A DNA stretch of 64,000 nt. Source: Candidatus Hadarchaeum sp. GTDB lineage: Archaea > Hadarchaeota > Hadarchaeia > Hadarchaeales > Hadarchaeaceae. Of this stretch, positions 38,754 through 49,355 are shown one piece after another (position 1 is the first letter of the stretch; each line of letters opens with the position of its first letter). A program made the position numbers and the translations under genes. The stretch covers positions 32,001 to 96,000 of the forward strand of contig NZ_JBMFOX010000001.1 in the NCBI RefSeq assembly GCF_049969415.1, in the 5' to 3' direction. The notes beneath the pieces are model-generated. The model had not been told where the DNA came from. It made no database searches and saw only the letters and a program-made list of their open reading frames with translations.

Positions 38754-39515
38754 CTACATAAATCTAGCTAAAAAGGAAACGCGATATTTTTTCCGCCCGT
38801 CCCTAGTCTGTCCGATGAGCTTCGCGCTTTCGGTGATGGTGATACCAAACTTCTCCTTCAGCTGGGAGGCTATCCTTCTTCCCAGATTTACGGTACTGAG
38901 GTAAAAGTCAATTCCGCCGGGCTGTTCCTTGATGTCGGCGATAAAGTTCATTGGGTCAACTTTAGCCGACTGAACAACGATTTTTTTCACCTCTTCCCGA
39001 ACCGCCATTTTCATTGCTTGGGAAGGGAAATCACGCAGCTGCAAAATTGCCTCATGATGCTTGGCTCTTTTCAACCGGCAGGTGTCGCAAGTGGTGTATT
39101 CCAGGTTCAGTTTTAGGGCGAGCTCCTCAAGCTTGGTTTCCCTCTGCTGGGAGTGAACCCTGCCTGCGGCACGGATCTTCACGAGGCCAGATTCCAAAAG
39201 TGGTTCTACCTCAATCTGGACCTCCGGCACCTCAACAGGTCTTAGAAGGCGCTTCCCTGAATCGGTATAGCTAATCACGCGAATGGCATCAATTACCGCC
39301 TCCTGCACCGCTTTTTTAACCTCCCCGTAGTCCAGAGGATGCCATCTTCCCCTGAGCCGGTAGGCCCCACAATCTCTGCAGACTACCACCCCAACTTCAG
39401 CCGGCGCCTGCAGCAACGGGAGGTCTAAAAAACAGCGCTGGCACAGGCCCAGCAGCAATGGCCCGGCATCTTCCTCCAGAGCACCGCATTTGTAACAAAA
39501 TCTCTTCATAGACAC
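38754..39515 (-). CDS. nmd3: NMD3 family protein
   Basis: FCYKCG, LCQRC, CRDCG, CDTC Zn fingers; EAILQLR; KLIGQ...GRKKYR. Confidence 0.88.
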   Translation of the reverse strand: MSMKRFCYKCGALEEDAGPLLLGLCQRCFLDLPLLQAPAEVGVVVCRDCGAYRLRGRWHPLDYGEVKKAVQEAVIDAIRVISYTDSGKRLLRPVEVPEVQIEVEPLLESGLVKIRAAGRVHSQQRETKLEELALKLNLEYTTCDTCRLKRAKHHEAILQLRDFPSQAMKMAVREEVKKIVVQSAKVDPMNFIADIKEQPGGIDFYLSTVNLGRRIASQLKEKFGITITESAKLIGQTRDGRKKYRVSFLARFM

Positions 39516-39611
39516 CGATTCAACTCTGTGTCCTCAAACATTAAACGCTGCCTCAGCGGCTAAAAACGATAAATTATTAAATTTACAAAATCAAGTTCCC
39601 GCGGTGTTGGT

Positions 39612-41471
39612 TTGCAGCTACTGCTAATCCACGCAGACTACCTTAAGTTCGAGGTGAAACAGCCGACGCCTGCTGCCGAGGAGATCAGGCCCGAACAGCG
39701 CTCGGGAGAAATTAAAGACGTGCTTGTCGTCTTCTCGGCCGCAGAGGAAGCCGATGAGGCCCACGTCGAGCAGGTGGCTAAAAAAGCTGCGGAGGAGGTC
39801 TTTAACATTGCCCAAAAGGTTGAAGCCCAGCGGGTCGCCATTTATCCCTACGCCCACCTGAGCTCCTCCCTCGCCTCGCCAAAGCTGGCCATCCGTTTGC
39901 TTGATGCCACTGCCGAGCAACTCCGGAGCCGCGGGCTCGAGGTCCACCGCCTGCCCTTCGGCTGGTACAAGGCATTTACCCTCAGCTGCAAGGGGCACCC
40001 GCTGTCGGAACTATCGCGAACCATCACCGCTGAAGTCCAGGAAGTCGCAGAAGCCGCTGCCGAAGAGGCAAAAAGCAAATGGTTGGTCCTGACACCGGAG
40101 GGCAAGGAGTACCCGTTAAACCTTTCCGAAATAGAAGCCTGCCCGCCGCTGACGAACAGCCCGTTGCTCAAACAGTACCTGGTAAGCGAAGAGCTGGGGC
40201 AAAAGCCAGGAGGCGAACCCGCGCATATCAAGCTAATGCGGCGGCTGGAACTCGTAGACTACGAGCCAGCCAGCGACACCGGCCACTTTCGCTTCTACCC
40301 CAACGGTGCCTTGGTAAAGGGGCTGCTGGAGGACTTCGCCGCACAGATCGCGGCTGAAATCGGTGCCGTCAGGATTGAGACCCCGGTGCTCTACCGGGCA
40401 GACGAGCCGGATATAGCTGAACAGGCGGCCAAGTTCTTGCAGAAGGACTACAAAATCAAGCTGCCCAACCGGACCTTAATACTGAGGTTCTCCGGAGACT
40501 TCGGACTTTTCCGGATGATGAAAACCACACTGATGACCTACAAACAGATGCCGGTGCGGATCTTCGAGCTCTCTCCCTCCTACCGACTGGAACAGAGTGG
40601 AGAGACCGTGGGGCTGAAGCGGCTCAGGGCCTTCACCATGCCCGACATCCACTGCTTCTGTCTCGACCTGAAACAAGGTCTGGAGGAGTACGAACGCCTC
40701 TTTGAAATTTATGTTAAGATGGTCAGATCAATCGGGATTGAGTACGCGGTCATCTTTCGTGTGGTCGAGGATTTCTATCACCAGAACCGAAAGTTCATCG
40801 CCCGTCTGCTTCGGCTGGTCAGTCAGCCAGCTTTGATCGAGCTGCTCGCCGAAAGAAAGCACTACTGGGTCCTGAAGCATGAATTCCAGATGATCGACTC
40901 TGTAGGTGGGAATGCCCAGCTCTCCACCATCCAGCTCGATCTAGAGGACTCGGAGAGATATGGCATCCGCTATGTTGACGAAAAAGGGGAAAAACGGGGT
41001 TGTGTAATCCTGCATTCCTCCATCGGTTCCATCGAGAGGTGGATTTACGCGATACTTGAGGAGGCCGCCAAGGATCAAATGGCTGGAAAGGCGCCCTGCC
41101 TGCCACTCTGGCTCTCGCCCACGCAGGTGAGGCTGGTGCCGCTCGCCAGCCGCCACCTTGATTTCTGCCAAAAAATCGCCGGGGAGCTGGAAAAGCTCCA
41201 GATAAGAGCTGACATCGACGACCGGGATGAGTCCGTTTCAAAGAAGGTGAGGGACGCCGAGAGGGAGTGGGTGCCCTATGTTATCGTCATCGGCGACAAA
41301 GAGCTGGAGGCGGAGAAAATCCCGGTCAGGGCCCGCGGGCAGAAGGAACTGAAGTGGCTGGCGGTGGCGGAACTTGCAGCCGAAATCAAGCAACTGACCA
41401 AGGGGATGCCATTTAGACCACTCGCGACGAACCGGCTGCTGTCGCTGCGGCCCATCTTCTTTGGCGGATGA
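39612..41471 (+). CDS. thrS: Threonine--tRNA ligase (archaeal type with N-terminal editing domain)
   Basis: LLLIHADY, YPYAHLSS.LA, PFGWYKAF.LSCKGHPLSELS, RLRAFTMPDIH. Confidence 0.97.
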   Translation: MQLLLIHADYLKFEVKQPTPAAEEIRPEQRSGEIKDVLVVFSAAEEADEAHVEQVAKKAAEEVFNIAQKVEAQRVAIYPYAHLSSSLASPKLAIRLLDATAEQLRSRGLEVHRLPFGWYKAFTLSCKGHPLSELSRTITAEVQEVAEAAAEEAKSKWLVLTPEGKEYPLNLSEIEACPPLTNSPLLKQYLVSEELGQKPGGEPAHIKLMRRLELVDYEPASDTGHFRFYPNGALVKGLLEDFAAQIAAEIGAVRIETPVLYRADEPDIAEQAAKFLQKDYKIKLPNRTLILRFSGDFGLFRMMKTTLMTYKQMPVRIFELSPSYRLEQSGETVGLKRLRAFTMPDIHCFCLDLKQGLEEYERLFEIYVKMVRSIGIEYAVIFRVVEDFYHQNRKFIARLLRLVSQPALIELLAERKHYWVLKHEFQMIDSVGGNAQLSTIQLDLEDSERYGIRYVDEKGEKRGCVILHSSIGSIERWIYAILEEAAKDQMAGKAPCLPLWLSPTQVRLVPLASRHLDFCQKIAGELEKLQIRADIDDRDESVSKKVRDAEREWVPYVIVIGDKELEAEKIPVRARGQKELKWLAVAELAAEIKQLTKGMPFRPLATNRLLSLRPIFFGG

Positions 41472-42658
41472 TTATGCAATCTGGGCGAGTCGCCGCCATC
41501 AGTATAATCACCTTCGGCCTCATCAGCCTTTTCGGAGATATCATCTACGAAGGCTCGAGAAGCATCATCTCGCCGTTTTTGCTTGGCTTCGGCGCCTCCG
41601 CCTTCATCGTCGGGGTCGTCTTGGGGTTGGGAGAGTTCCTCGGCTATGCTCTCAGGATTGTTTTCGGTGTCCTCTCTGACAAGACCAGATCCTACTGGAC
41701 AATCTTCATAGCCGGTTACTCGCTGCTGATAGCCGTGCCGCTGCTGGCATTCGCAGGGAGCTGGCCCTTGGCGATGTTTCTAATCCTAGTAGAAAGGTTA
41801 TCCAAGGCAGTGCGGTCGCCGGCCCGGGATACTGTGTTCTCCTACGCCACTAGAGGGGTGGGCAGCGGCAAGGCCTTTGGCATTCACGAACTTCTGGACC
41901 AGATTGGGGCGGTAACGGGACCGGCTATCGTCGCCGCAGTGCTCTTCACGACCGGCCAGAACTTCAACTCGGCCTTCTCCATCCTTTTCTTGCCCTACCT
42001 CCTCATGATCATCGTGGCCCTCTACGCCTATGTCAAACTGAGGCCGCTGGTGGGGATACCGATCGCAACGAAAAAAAGAGCTGCCCTCAGGGGACTTCCT
42101 CAGGAATTTATCATCTACGCGGTGGCGGTGGCGCTGAATGCAATGGGCCTGGTTTCAATCGGGCTTATCCTCTACCGGGTTTCGCCGGAGGTCTTGCCCT
42201 GGCTCGTGGCGCTCATCTACCTGCTCGCACAAGCCGTCGATGCCGTGGCAGCACCGCTTGCCGGATATCTCTACGACCGGATGGGAAGAAAGCTGCTCTA
42301 TCTTCCCTTCGCGCTTTCAGTGGCCCCTTCCACCTTAATCTTCATGCCCGGTCTTGAGTTCGTGCTGCTGGCCGCGATTTTATTCGGTGCCATCTTCGGC
42401 ATGCATGAGTCCATTTACCGGGCCGCGGTGGCGGACCTCACCCCGATGGAGCTGAGGGGATCGGCCTACGGGGTCTTCCACACCTTTTACGGGTTGGGCC
42501 TTCTCATCAGCGGGGCCGTCTTCGGCTTTTTAATGGACAACGATTTGGCCCAGGTGGCGATCCTGTTTTCCGTCCTGACCCAAGCCTCAGCGATGTTCCT
42601 GCTCCGAAAAACGCTCAGGGCGTCGGCGCAGAACCAAACGACAAAAACAACTTCATGA
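41468..42658 (+). CDS. MFS transporter
   Basis: About 12 TM helices; SLFGDIIYEGSRS, RSPARD, GKAFGIHELLDQIGA. Confidence 0.92.
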   Translation: MIMQSGRVAAISIITFGLISLFGDIIYEGSRSIISPFLLGFGASAFIVGVVLGLGEFLGYALRIVFGVLSDKTRSYWTIFIAGYSLLIAVPLLAFAGSWPLAMFLILVERLSKAVRSPARDTVFSYATRGVGSGKAFGIHELLDQIGAVTGPAIVAAVLFTTGQNFNSAFSILFLPYLLMIIVALYAYVKLRPLVGIPIATKKRAALRGLPQEFIIYAVAVALNAMGLVSIGLILYRVSPEVLPWLVALIYLLAQAVDAVAAPLAGYLYDRMGRKLLYLPFALSVAPSTLIFMPGLEFVLLAAILFGAIFGMHESIYRAAVADLTPMELRGSAYGVFHTFYGLGLLISGAVFGFLMDNDLAQVAILFSVLTQASAMFLLRKTLRASAQNQTTKTTS

Positions 42659-43820
42659 AATTTTTGCCCTCAATCAAACCAAGAGACCCCTTTCTAGCAT
42701 CCGCCTCGGTGAACCTCAGCCCGTCGCCCTCGAGACCAGAAGCGAGTATGGTGAACGGGACCGGATCGGAGGTATGGGTTCGAACCTTGATGGGTGTGGG
42801 ATGATCCGGCAGAACCGCAACGACGATGTCTCTGCCCTTCTTGAGAATCCTTCCCACAAGCCTCCGGTCCAGGTCCTCGATGGCCTTTATCTTCTTCTCG
42901 GCGTCGCCCGCATGGCCAGCCTCGTCGGGCGCCTCAACGTGAACAAAAACCAAATCCGCACTCTTCAGGGCTTTCAGCGCGTAATCGGCTTTACCTTCAT
43001 AATTGGTATCATAGTAGCCCGTCGCACCAGGAACCTTGATGATCTCCATGCCTGCCCAAGCCCCGATGCCGTTGATCACATTCACCGCCGAAATAATGGC
43101 GCCCTTCACCCCGTATTTTTTCTCAAAGGGCTCCAGATCGGGGCGTTTACCGGGGCTCCAGAGCCAGACCATGTTGGCAGGTTTCTGGCCCATTCTGACC
43201 CTCTTTAAGTTTACCGGGTGGTTGGCCAAGATGTCCCTTGAAGCCAGCATAAGCTTGTTCAACTCTCGAGAAACTTTGTCCCGAGATCTGATGAGATGCT
43301 TCGAAATCGGTTCACCGACGATGTCATGAGGTGGAGAACACCCTCCTGTTGCCTTGGCATTGCGAAGGACGAAGATGTGTCGATAGCTCACCCCCAAATG
43401 GAACTCTCCTAGACCAAGCTTTTGCAACTCGCGCAGCAGCTGCGCGGCCTCATCGGTGGTGATGCAACCTCCGGAATAATCGATAAGCCTGCCGTCCTTC
43501 TCCGTCACCAAATTGCATCGGAAGGCGACGTCGTTGGGCCCGAGGTCGAAGCCCATAGAACCGGCTACGAGGGGACCACGCCCGGTGAAGTATCTTTTCG
43601 GATCGTAACCCAAAATGGACAGGGCGGCCACCGCAGAATCCTTGGACATCCCCGGAGGAATCGTGCTGACCAGACCCACTTTGCCCTCGCTGGCCAAACG
43701 ATCCAGGTTGGGTTTCTCGGCCACCTCCAATGGCGTCCTACCGCCGAGCTCCTCCACCGGATAGTCGGCCATGCCATCTCCGACGACTATAATGAACTTT
43801 TTCTTCACCAACCGGTTCAC
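42615..43820 (-). CDS. apgM: Cofactor-independent phosphoglycerate mutase (archaeal ApgM)
   Basis: GDGMAD, TPLEVA.KP, HVEAPDEAGH, PDHPTP, HTSDPVP. Confidence 0.92.
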   Translation of the reverse strand: MNRLVKKKFIIVVGDGMADYPVEELGGRTPLEVAEKPNLDRLASEGKVGLVSTIPPGMSKDSAVAALSILGYDPKRYFTGRGPLVAGSMGFDLGPNDVAFRCNLVTEKDGRLIDYSGGCITTDEAAQLLRELQKLGLGEFHLGVSYRHIFVLRNAKATGGCSPPHDIVGEPISKHLIRSRDKVSRELNKLMLASRDILANHPVNLKRVRMGQKPANMVWLWSPGKRPDLEPFEKKYGVKGAIISAVNVINGIGAWAGMEIIKVPGATGYYDTNYEGKADYALKALKSADLVFVHVEAPDEAGHAGDAEKKIKAIEDLDRRLVGRILKKGRDIVVAVLPDHPTPIKVRTHTSDPVPFTILASGLEGDGLRFTEADARKGSLGLIEGKNFMKLFLSFGSAPTP

Positions 43821-44755
43821 CTAAAGACCAGCAGTTCCTCCTCGTAACGTCTGCCGTCGTAATAGCTGCCCTTGGAAAGCCGCAGCAGCTTCTTTCCGGA
43901 AAGGTATTCCACCAAAAGCCGGTCAACCTCTTCCAAGGGCTGATCACCCTTTAACCAGCTAAGCGGGACGTTGACGTTGACCGGGCGCGCTGGCAGCGTG
44001 TGCCGGGTCGTTTTTGGGGGAAAAACGGTGCCCGCCAAGGCCGTTCTGACCACCTCCTCTTTGGTCGTCCGTGGAACCAGCAGGGCGGCAGGGCACTTTC
44101 CCGAGCGGACCTGCCACTCAGCATCATGCTCAATCTCATATCCTATGTGAAGTCCCTGTGCTTCGGCGGCGGATTCAAAGCGTTTGACCCAGCGGTAGCT
44201 CTCCAAGATGTCGGTGTTCGGCACCCGGATCAAATAGCAGTTCCTCGCCGTGAACAGGGCGGCGGTGGCCTTTCGGGCCTCAAGCTCCTTTAAAGCCGAT
44301 TCAAGCGAGGAGAGTTCGATGCCAAGCCCAAGAGACCTAAAAATTTCCAAAAGTCTCGAGTCACTCACCCAGTCCCGAATAACTCGGTACCAGCAGCCGA
44401 CCTGAATCACCGGGCTGCGGTAATCGACCAAACATGCGGGCAGATAGCGGCAACCCAGCTCCTTCAGAGCGGCAACTCGATGCATGCCGTCGAGCACTAC
44501 CGAAGTATTCCGGTCAACGATGACGGGGCTCCTCACCTCGGCGTTTTGCCTTATGTCCTGAACCAGCTGATCCAGCATCCGAGGAATTATCTCCTCGTGG
44601 ATGTAGACTCCATTGACAGGACTAACACCAATCTCGATTTCCAGACCCTGAGCCTCAATCCTGAATCCCAACTCATCACCAATAGCATAGAAGTCTCCCC
44701 TTTCAAAAAGATAATGGAAAGAAATTGCTGCCGAAATGGCGCCTGAGATCGGCAA
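43817..44755 (-). CDS. ParB/Srx-fold protein, SerK (ADP-dependent serine kinase)-like
   Basis: IHEE...PVIVD...VLDGMHRVAALKELG; C-terminal FPPKTTRH motif; true start probably downstream of the ORF start. Confidence 0.75.
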   Translation of the reverse strand: MPISGAISAAISFHYLFERGDFYAIGDELGFRIEAQGLEIEIGVSPVNGVYIHEEIIPRMLDQLVQDIRQNAEVRSPVIVDRNTSVVLDGMHRVAALKELGCRYLPACLVDYRSPVIQVGCWYRVIRDWVSDSRLLEIFRSLGLGIELSSLESALKELEARKATAALFTARNCYLIRVPNTDILESYRWVKRFESAAEAQGLHIGYEIEHDAEWQVRSGKCPAALLVPRTTKEEVVRTALAGTVFPPKTTRHTLPARPVNVNVPLSWLKGDQPLEEVDRLLVEYLSGKKLLRLSKGSYYDGRRYEEELLVFR

Positions 44756-44759
44756 AATT

Positions 44760-45701
44760 TTAGTCCCTTATTCCAGCCTCAGTTATCTGGAAGGTTGCAC
44801 TCTCCGGAGGCAGGCCAGGATGATCTATCAGCTGCGCCGTTCTCATGTTGGCCTTGCTCTTCCTGAGGTAAACTCGAGCGGTGACTGCGTGGCCCAGCAC
44901 GTGACCGCCAACCGGTTTTGTGGGGTCGCCGAAGAAAACGTCCGGCCGCGCCTGCACCTGGTTGGTCACGAAGACCGCCATGTCGTTGAGCTCGGCCAGT
45001 TTGTGCAGCTCCGCGATGTGGCGTCCCAACTTCTGCTGCCGCTCCGCAAGCGCCCCTCTCCCGCAATATTCGGTGCGGAAAAGTGCCGTGAGTGAATCTA
45101 TCACCAGCAATCTCACACCGTCCTTCTTGGCAATTTCGGCGGCTTTCTCGGCCAAGAGCATCTGGTGATCCGTCGTGTGTGCCCGAGCCACGTAGATTCC
45201 GTCAAGTATCTTTTGAGGATCCTCGCCCAGAGCCATCGCCATCTGGGAAATTCTCTCCGGCCTGAAGGTGTTCTCAGTATCTATATAAACCGCCTTTCCA
45301 CCAAGACCTCCCTGCTCCGGCGAAAGCTGCACGTTGACGCAGAGCTGGTGAGCTACCTGTGACTTCCCAGAACCAAACTCGCCGAAAAACTCCGTCACTC
45401 CCTGCGTCTCGATTCCTCCGCCAATTATCCTGTCAAGGCACTGGCTGCCCGTGGTGACGCGGCCGAGGTGCTTTCTTCTCTCCAAAACTTCTATGGCCTT
45501 TTCGTAACCCATCTTAGACGCGTCCCGCGCCGAGTTGATTACCTTCATCGCCACCCTCAGCCCTATCTCGGCGGCCTCCATCAGGTCCCCGGCGGTTGCC
45601 ACGGCGATGCTCTCAATGGAGTCGTAGCCGGCCGAGCGCAGTTTTTCCGCAATCGCGGGACCTACTCCGTCAAGTTCCTCAAGTTCAACCATCTTGGTCA
45701 C
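44760..45701 (-). CDS. radA: DNA repair/recombination protein RadA
   Basis: N-terminal Hh[30 protein letters not shown]. Confidence 0.96.
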   Translation of the reverse strand: MTKMVELEELDGVGPAIAEKLRSAGYDSIESIAVATAGDLMEAAEIGLRVAMKVINSARDASKMGYEKAIEVLERRKHLGRVTTGSQCLDRIIGGGIETQGVTEFFGEFGSGKSQVAHQLCVNVQLSPEQGGLGGKAVYIDTENTFRPERISQMAMALGEDPQKILDGIYVARAHTTDHQMLLAEKAAEIAKKDGVRLLVIDSLTALFRTEYCGRGALAERQQKLGRHIAELHKLAELNDMAVFVTNQVQARPDVFFGDPTKPVGGHVLGHAVTARVYLRKSKANMRTAQLIDHPGLPPESATFQITEAGIRD

Positions 45702-45828
45702 CCTAGTTCAATCCCTCACCTTCCCATTCAAGCGGCTTTCGAGGAGAGGGGTCGCCGAAAGTATTGCCAAAGGACCTGGAAAAGACAAAGTTTTAGAAGG
45801 TGCTGATATCATTACCTTAGGGGCATTC

Positions 45829-46065
45829 ATGGAAGGAGAGGCCGAATCCCAGGAAGTCGAAACCATCGCCGGCATTGAAAAGCTGCTCAACTCGGTAATC
45901 TTGATTACGGCGAAGGATGGACGAAAATTCCGCGGCAGGTTAACGAACTACGACGAACATATGAACATGGTTCTGGAGGATGCCGAGGAGCTGACGGAAA
46001 AGGGGCCGGTAAAACACCAGTTCGTCCTGCTAAAGGGTGGAAACATCTCGGAAATATCGACCTAA
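45829..46065 (+). CDS. Sm-like (Lsm) RNA-binding protein
   Basis: KDGRKFRGRLTNYDEHMNMVLEDAEE Sm1; VLLKGGNI Sm2. Confidence 0.92.
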   Translation: MEGEAESQEVETIAGIEKLLNSVILITAKDGRKFRGRLTNYDEHMNMVLEDAEELTEKGPVKHQFVLLKGGNISEIST

Positions 46066-46331
46066 ACTGCCTTGACGACCTCCATCGCCCTGAAGCTCTC
46101 TAACACCCTTTTGCCGTTATCGGTCAGCTGGTAAATGCCCTCGGTCTCCATCACCAATCCCCGAACCATCAAAGCGTTGAGGTGCGCCTTCACCGGCCAC
46201 CAGTCCTCGGAACCGTAAAGCTCCTTAAGCTCCCGAAGCTTTAGGCCTCCCTTATTAGCGATGATGGTGAAAACCTTGCCAACGCCTGCCTCGTCGGCCT
46301 TCAGCCAGTTAATGTCCTCGGCAACTCCCAT
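46062..46331 (-). CDS. Hypothetical winged-helix protein
   Basis: HLNALMVRGLV....IYQLTDNGKRVL wing motif; GGTGGTGG RBS. Confidence 0.7.
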   Translation of the reverse strand: MGVAEDINWLKADEAGVGKVFTIIANKGGLKLRELKELYGSEDWWPVKAHLNALMVRGLVMETEGIYQLTDNGKRVLESFRAMEVVKAV

Positions 46332-46349
46332 ACCACCACCTTAACTTTA

Positions 46350-48119
46350 TCAATGAAGATAAAAGTACTCGCCCTTGGCCCTCTGTTCTCGATCCAAGGC
46401 GCTGCCAAACTTGTTGGCCCTCGGTCTCCCGGTCTGGGGATCCCTCCGGAAGGTCACGCCAACCTCCTTCAAAAACAGGTTCATGCCCTCGCGCATCTCC
46501 ATCGGGCCGTGGGTGTGCCCCTGGTTGCTGGGCTCACCGGTGAATACCAGCAGCCGATCCGAGATATAATCAATGCTGAGGACATCGTGGTCGACGACGA
46601 AAGCTGCCGCCTCCCTCCTCTCCATGGTCCTTCTGATGCACTTGGACATGTTCAGACGCTGTTCAACATCAAGATAGGCGCTGGGCTCGTCAAGCAGGTA
46701 AAGGTCGGCCTGCCTTCCCAGACAGGCGGCTATCGAGACCCGCTGGAGTTCGCCTCCGCTCAGGCTTTTCATCTCCCTTTCCAACAACGGCTCAACTTCC
46801 AAAGGCTGCAGGATGTCGGGGCCAAACGAGGGGTCAAAGCCACCAAGTTGCTTGTGCAGCCATTCCCCCACTGTGCCCTCAAAATCCGCCTTCAGGTACT
46901 GGGGCTTATGTGAAACGGAGAGGTTTATGTCAATCTTGCCGGAGGTGGGTTTGACTTCGCCCGCCAGAATGCGGACAAAGGTGGTCTTTCCCACCGCGTT
47001 CGGCCCCACGATGCCGATCACCTCGCCCGAATAAACATCGCCCGGCGAAACCTCGAGCCGGAATCCCTTGAAGACCTTGAACATTCTAGGAAAGCTGAAC
47101 AACAATTTGCCGCTTGGCCGCGCCTTCGAAAGCGGCCTCAGCTCAAATTTTATGGGCTCTCGTCTGAACATTACATTCTCCTCATGAAGATAGCCGTCGA
47201 GGAAAACATTTATCCCGACCCTGACGCCCCGCGGTGACGAGACGACGCCGTAAACTCCGGGCCTGCCGTAGAGGACATGAACATAATCAGAAACATAGTC
47301 CAACATCGCCAAATCATGCTCCACAACCATGACCGCCTTGCCGGCTTCGGCCAGAGACCGGATCACCATCGCCGCCTTGAGACGCTGGTAAACGTCGAGA
47401 TGTGAGCTGGGCTCGTCAAAGAAATAGATGTCGGCATCGCGTGCAGCCGCTGCCGCTATCGCCAGCCGCTGCATTTCCCCGCCGCTCAACGTCCTCAGCT
47501 CCCGGCCGAGGAAATCCTCGAGCTCCAAGGCACGAATTAGGTCCTTCATCACGTCGCGTTCGTCAATCCTCTCCAGCAGCTCCAACGGCTTTCCCTTAAC
47601 GGCCTTGGGCAGATCGTCAACCGCCTGAGGTTTGTAGATCATCTTGATTTTATCGATCCTTTTGAAATGGTTCTGAAGTTCCGATCCCTTGAAGAACTCA
47701 ATCACTTCATCCAGCGCCGCCGCCTCCCTGCCGAGGTTGGGCCGCAGACGCCCGGCCAGAATCTGAAGCGCCGTGGTCTTGCCCACCCCGTTCTGGCCGA
47801 CCAGACCGGTGACGCTGCCGGCGCGCGGAATCGGCAGCTCAAAGAGGGCAAAGCCGTTGGGCAGGTAACGGTGGACGCAACGCCCCTCCAGCTGGCTCGG
47901 CAGGTTGATGATGTAAATCGCCTTCAGCGGGCACTTGTGCACGCAGATCCCGCAGCCGGTGCACAGCTGCTCCGATATCTCCGGCCGGCCCGTCTTTTCA
48001 TCGATTACTATCGTCTCGTCGCCGGTCCTGACGCCGGGACAGTAGCGATGGCATTCCAGCGAGCACTTCTTAGGCTGACAGAAATCCTGTCTAATCACCG
48101 CCAATCTGGGCATGGCCAA
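46350..48119 (-). CDS. abce1: Ribosome recycling ATPase ABCE1/RLI
   Basis: N-terminal Fe-S (CQPKKC...CTGCGICVHKCP), two ABC domains. Confidence 0.98.
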   Translation of the reverse strand: MAMPRLAVIRQDFCQPKKCSLECHRYCPGVRTGDETIVIDEKTGRPEISEQLCTGCGICVHKCPLKAIYIINLPSQLEGRCVHRYLPNGFALFELPIPRAGSVTGLVGQNGVGKTTALQILAGRLRPNLGREAAALDEVIEFFKGSELQNHFKRIDKIKMIYKPQAVDDLPKAVKGKPLELLERIDERDVMKDLIRALELEDFLGRELRTLSGGEMQRLAIAAAAARDADIYFFDEPSSHLDVYQRLKAAMVIRSLAEAGKAVMVVEHDLAMLDYVSDYVHVLYGRPGVYGVVSSPRGVRVGINVFLDGYLHEENVMFRREPIKFELRPLSKARPSGKLLFSFPRMFKVFKGFRLEVSPGDVYSGEVIGIVGPNAVGKTTFVRILAGEVKPTSGKIDINLSVSHKPQYLKADFEGTVGEWLHKQLGGFDPSFGPDILQPLEVEPLLEREMKSLSGGELQRVSIAACLGRQADLYLLDEPSAYLDVEQRLNMSKCIRRTMERREAAAFVVDHDVLSIDYISDRLLVFTGEPSNQGHTHGPMEMREGMNLFLKEVGVTFRRDPQTGRPRANKFGSALDREQRAKGEYFYLH

Positions 48120-48162
48120 CCCCTAATGGTATTGCACTAACTTTTAAAAGAATCACGCCTTA

Positions 48163-48450
48163 ATGAGCATTGGTGAAAAATTGCGGACGACGTACCTGCT
48201 GGGAATCATCATTTTCCTCGTCGTCGTGCTGCCGCTGGTCGGATTGATATTCGGTGTTGGATGGATCCGGCTGGCCGCTCAAATTATCCTGACAATCGTG
48301 CTGGTGGTGGTCATCGGTGCCACCGGAGTCTTCGGCTACATCTGCATCAAGGCCCAAGCGAGAAAGTGGGGTGCGGGGCTGATCTTAGTCGCCATCATCT
48401 GCCTGTTGCTCATCTTCTGGCTCTGGACGGGGAAGCCGCTTTTAATTTAA
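48163..48450 (+). CDS. Small membrane protein (3 TM)
   Basis: Three hydrophobic segments; fills the gap divergent from ABCE1. Confidence 0.7.
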   Translation: MSIGEKLRTTYLLGIIIFLVVVLPLVGLIFGVGWIRLAAQIILTIVLVVVIGATGVFGYICIKAQARKWGAGLILVAIICLLLIFWLWTGKPLLI

Positions 48451-48516
48451 ATCAAATCTGCCTCGCACATTGGGCTTGTTCTCCGGCCCAACGCTGCGGT
48501 AATTAATGGCAACTGT

Positions 48517-48780
48517 TTACTCCGTCTTATTCCAAAATTCGGCGTTGAGCTGTTTGGCCCTGTCGTTGAGCTTCATCATGATGATGTCGCGCGCCTGGGT
48601 CCGCTCCAAGTCGCTTTCAAACGATGAGCTCAGGCTCTCGAGCCTAGGCCTAGCAAAGATCTCAAATGCCAAGTTAATGTCCCGGTCGGTGAGGGGACCG
48701 TCCTTGACCTTGTCGGCGAGGAACTCCGCCGTCTTCTGAACTATCCAGTCCAGTTCGGAGGACTCAATCATCAAATTCAC
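48517..48780 (-). CDS. Hypothetical protein
   Basis: 87-aa helical ORF with a GGGTGA RBS-like sequence just before ATG 48771. Confidence 0.65.
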   Translation of the reverse strand: MNLMIESSELDWIVQKTAEFLADKVKDGPLTDRDINLAFEIFARPRLESLSSSFESDLERTQARDIIMMKLNDRAKQLNAEFWNKTE

Positions 48781-48826
48781 CCAAAGAAATTTTAACGTCT
48801 TTTTATAAAATTACTTCGGCGATTGA

Positions 48827-49348
48827 ATGGACGTCTTCGAGGCAATTAAAGGGCGCCGGAGCATCCGCAGCTTTAAACCGGATCCCGTCAGTGACGCTGA
48901 CCTGGAGAAAATTCTGGAGGCCGGAATCTCCGCCCCCAGCGCAGGAAACTGCCAGCCGTGGGAATTCGTCATCGTGAAGGACCCAAAGAACAAGCAGAAG
49001 CTGGTCCAAGCCGCCCGGGGTCAGAGCTTCTTGGCCGAGGCATCCGTCGTGATAGTGATCTGCGCGGACATCAACCGAACCGCCAGCCGCTACGGCGAGC
49101 GGGGTAGGAACCTATACTGCATTCAGGACACCGCGGCTGTAGCCCAGAATATCCACCTCGCGGCCTATGCGCTGGGCTACGGCACTTGCTGGGTCGGTGC
49201 TTTCGATGAAAACGCGGTTGCCGCGGCCATAAAGGCTCCACCGGGGGTCAGACCGCTGATCATGATTCCGATTGGCAAACCTGGGGAAACGCCGAAGCCG
49301 ACGCCACGGGTACCTTGGAAGGAAAGAGTACACCGGGAAACTTTCTGA
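48827..49348 (+). CDS. Nitroreductase family protein
   Basis: RRSIRSF, APSAGNCQPWEF, LGYGTCWVG. Confidence 0.95.
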   Translation: MDVFEAIKGRRSIRSFKPDPVSDADLEKILEAGISAPSAGNCQPWEFVIVKDPKNKQKLVQAARGQSFLAEASVVIVICADINRTASRYGERGRNLYCIQDTAAVAQNIHLAAYALGYGTCWVGAFDENAVAAAIKAPPGVRPLIMIPIGKPGETPKPTPRVPWKERVHRETF

Positions 49349-49355
49349 AAGTGGT

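Noticed and set aside
44760-45701. Intein in RadA
   Set aside because: Normal length (313 aa) with no insertion at the P-loop
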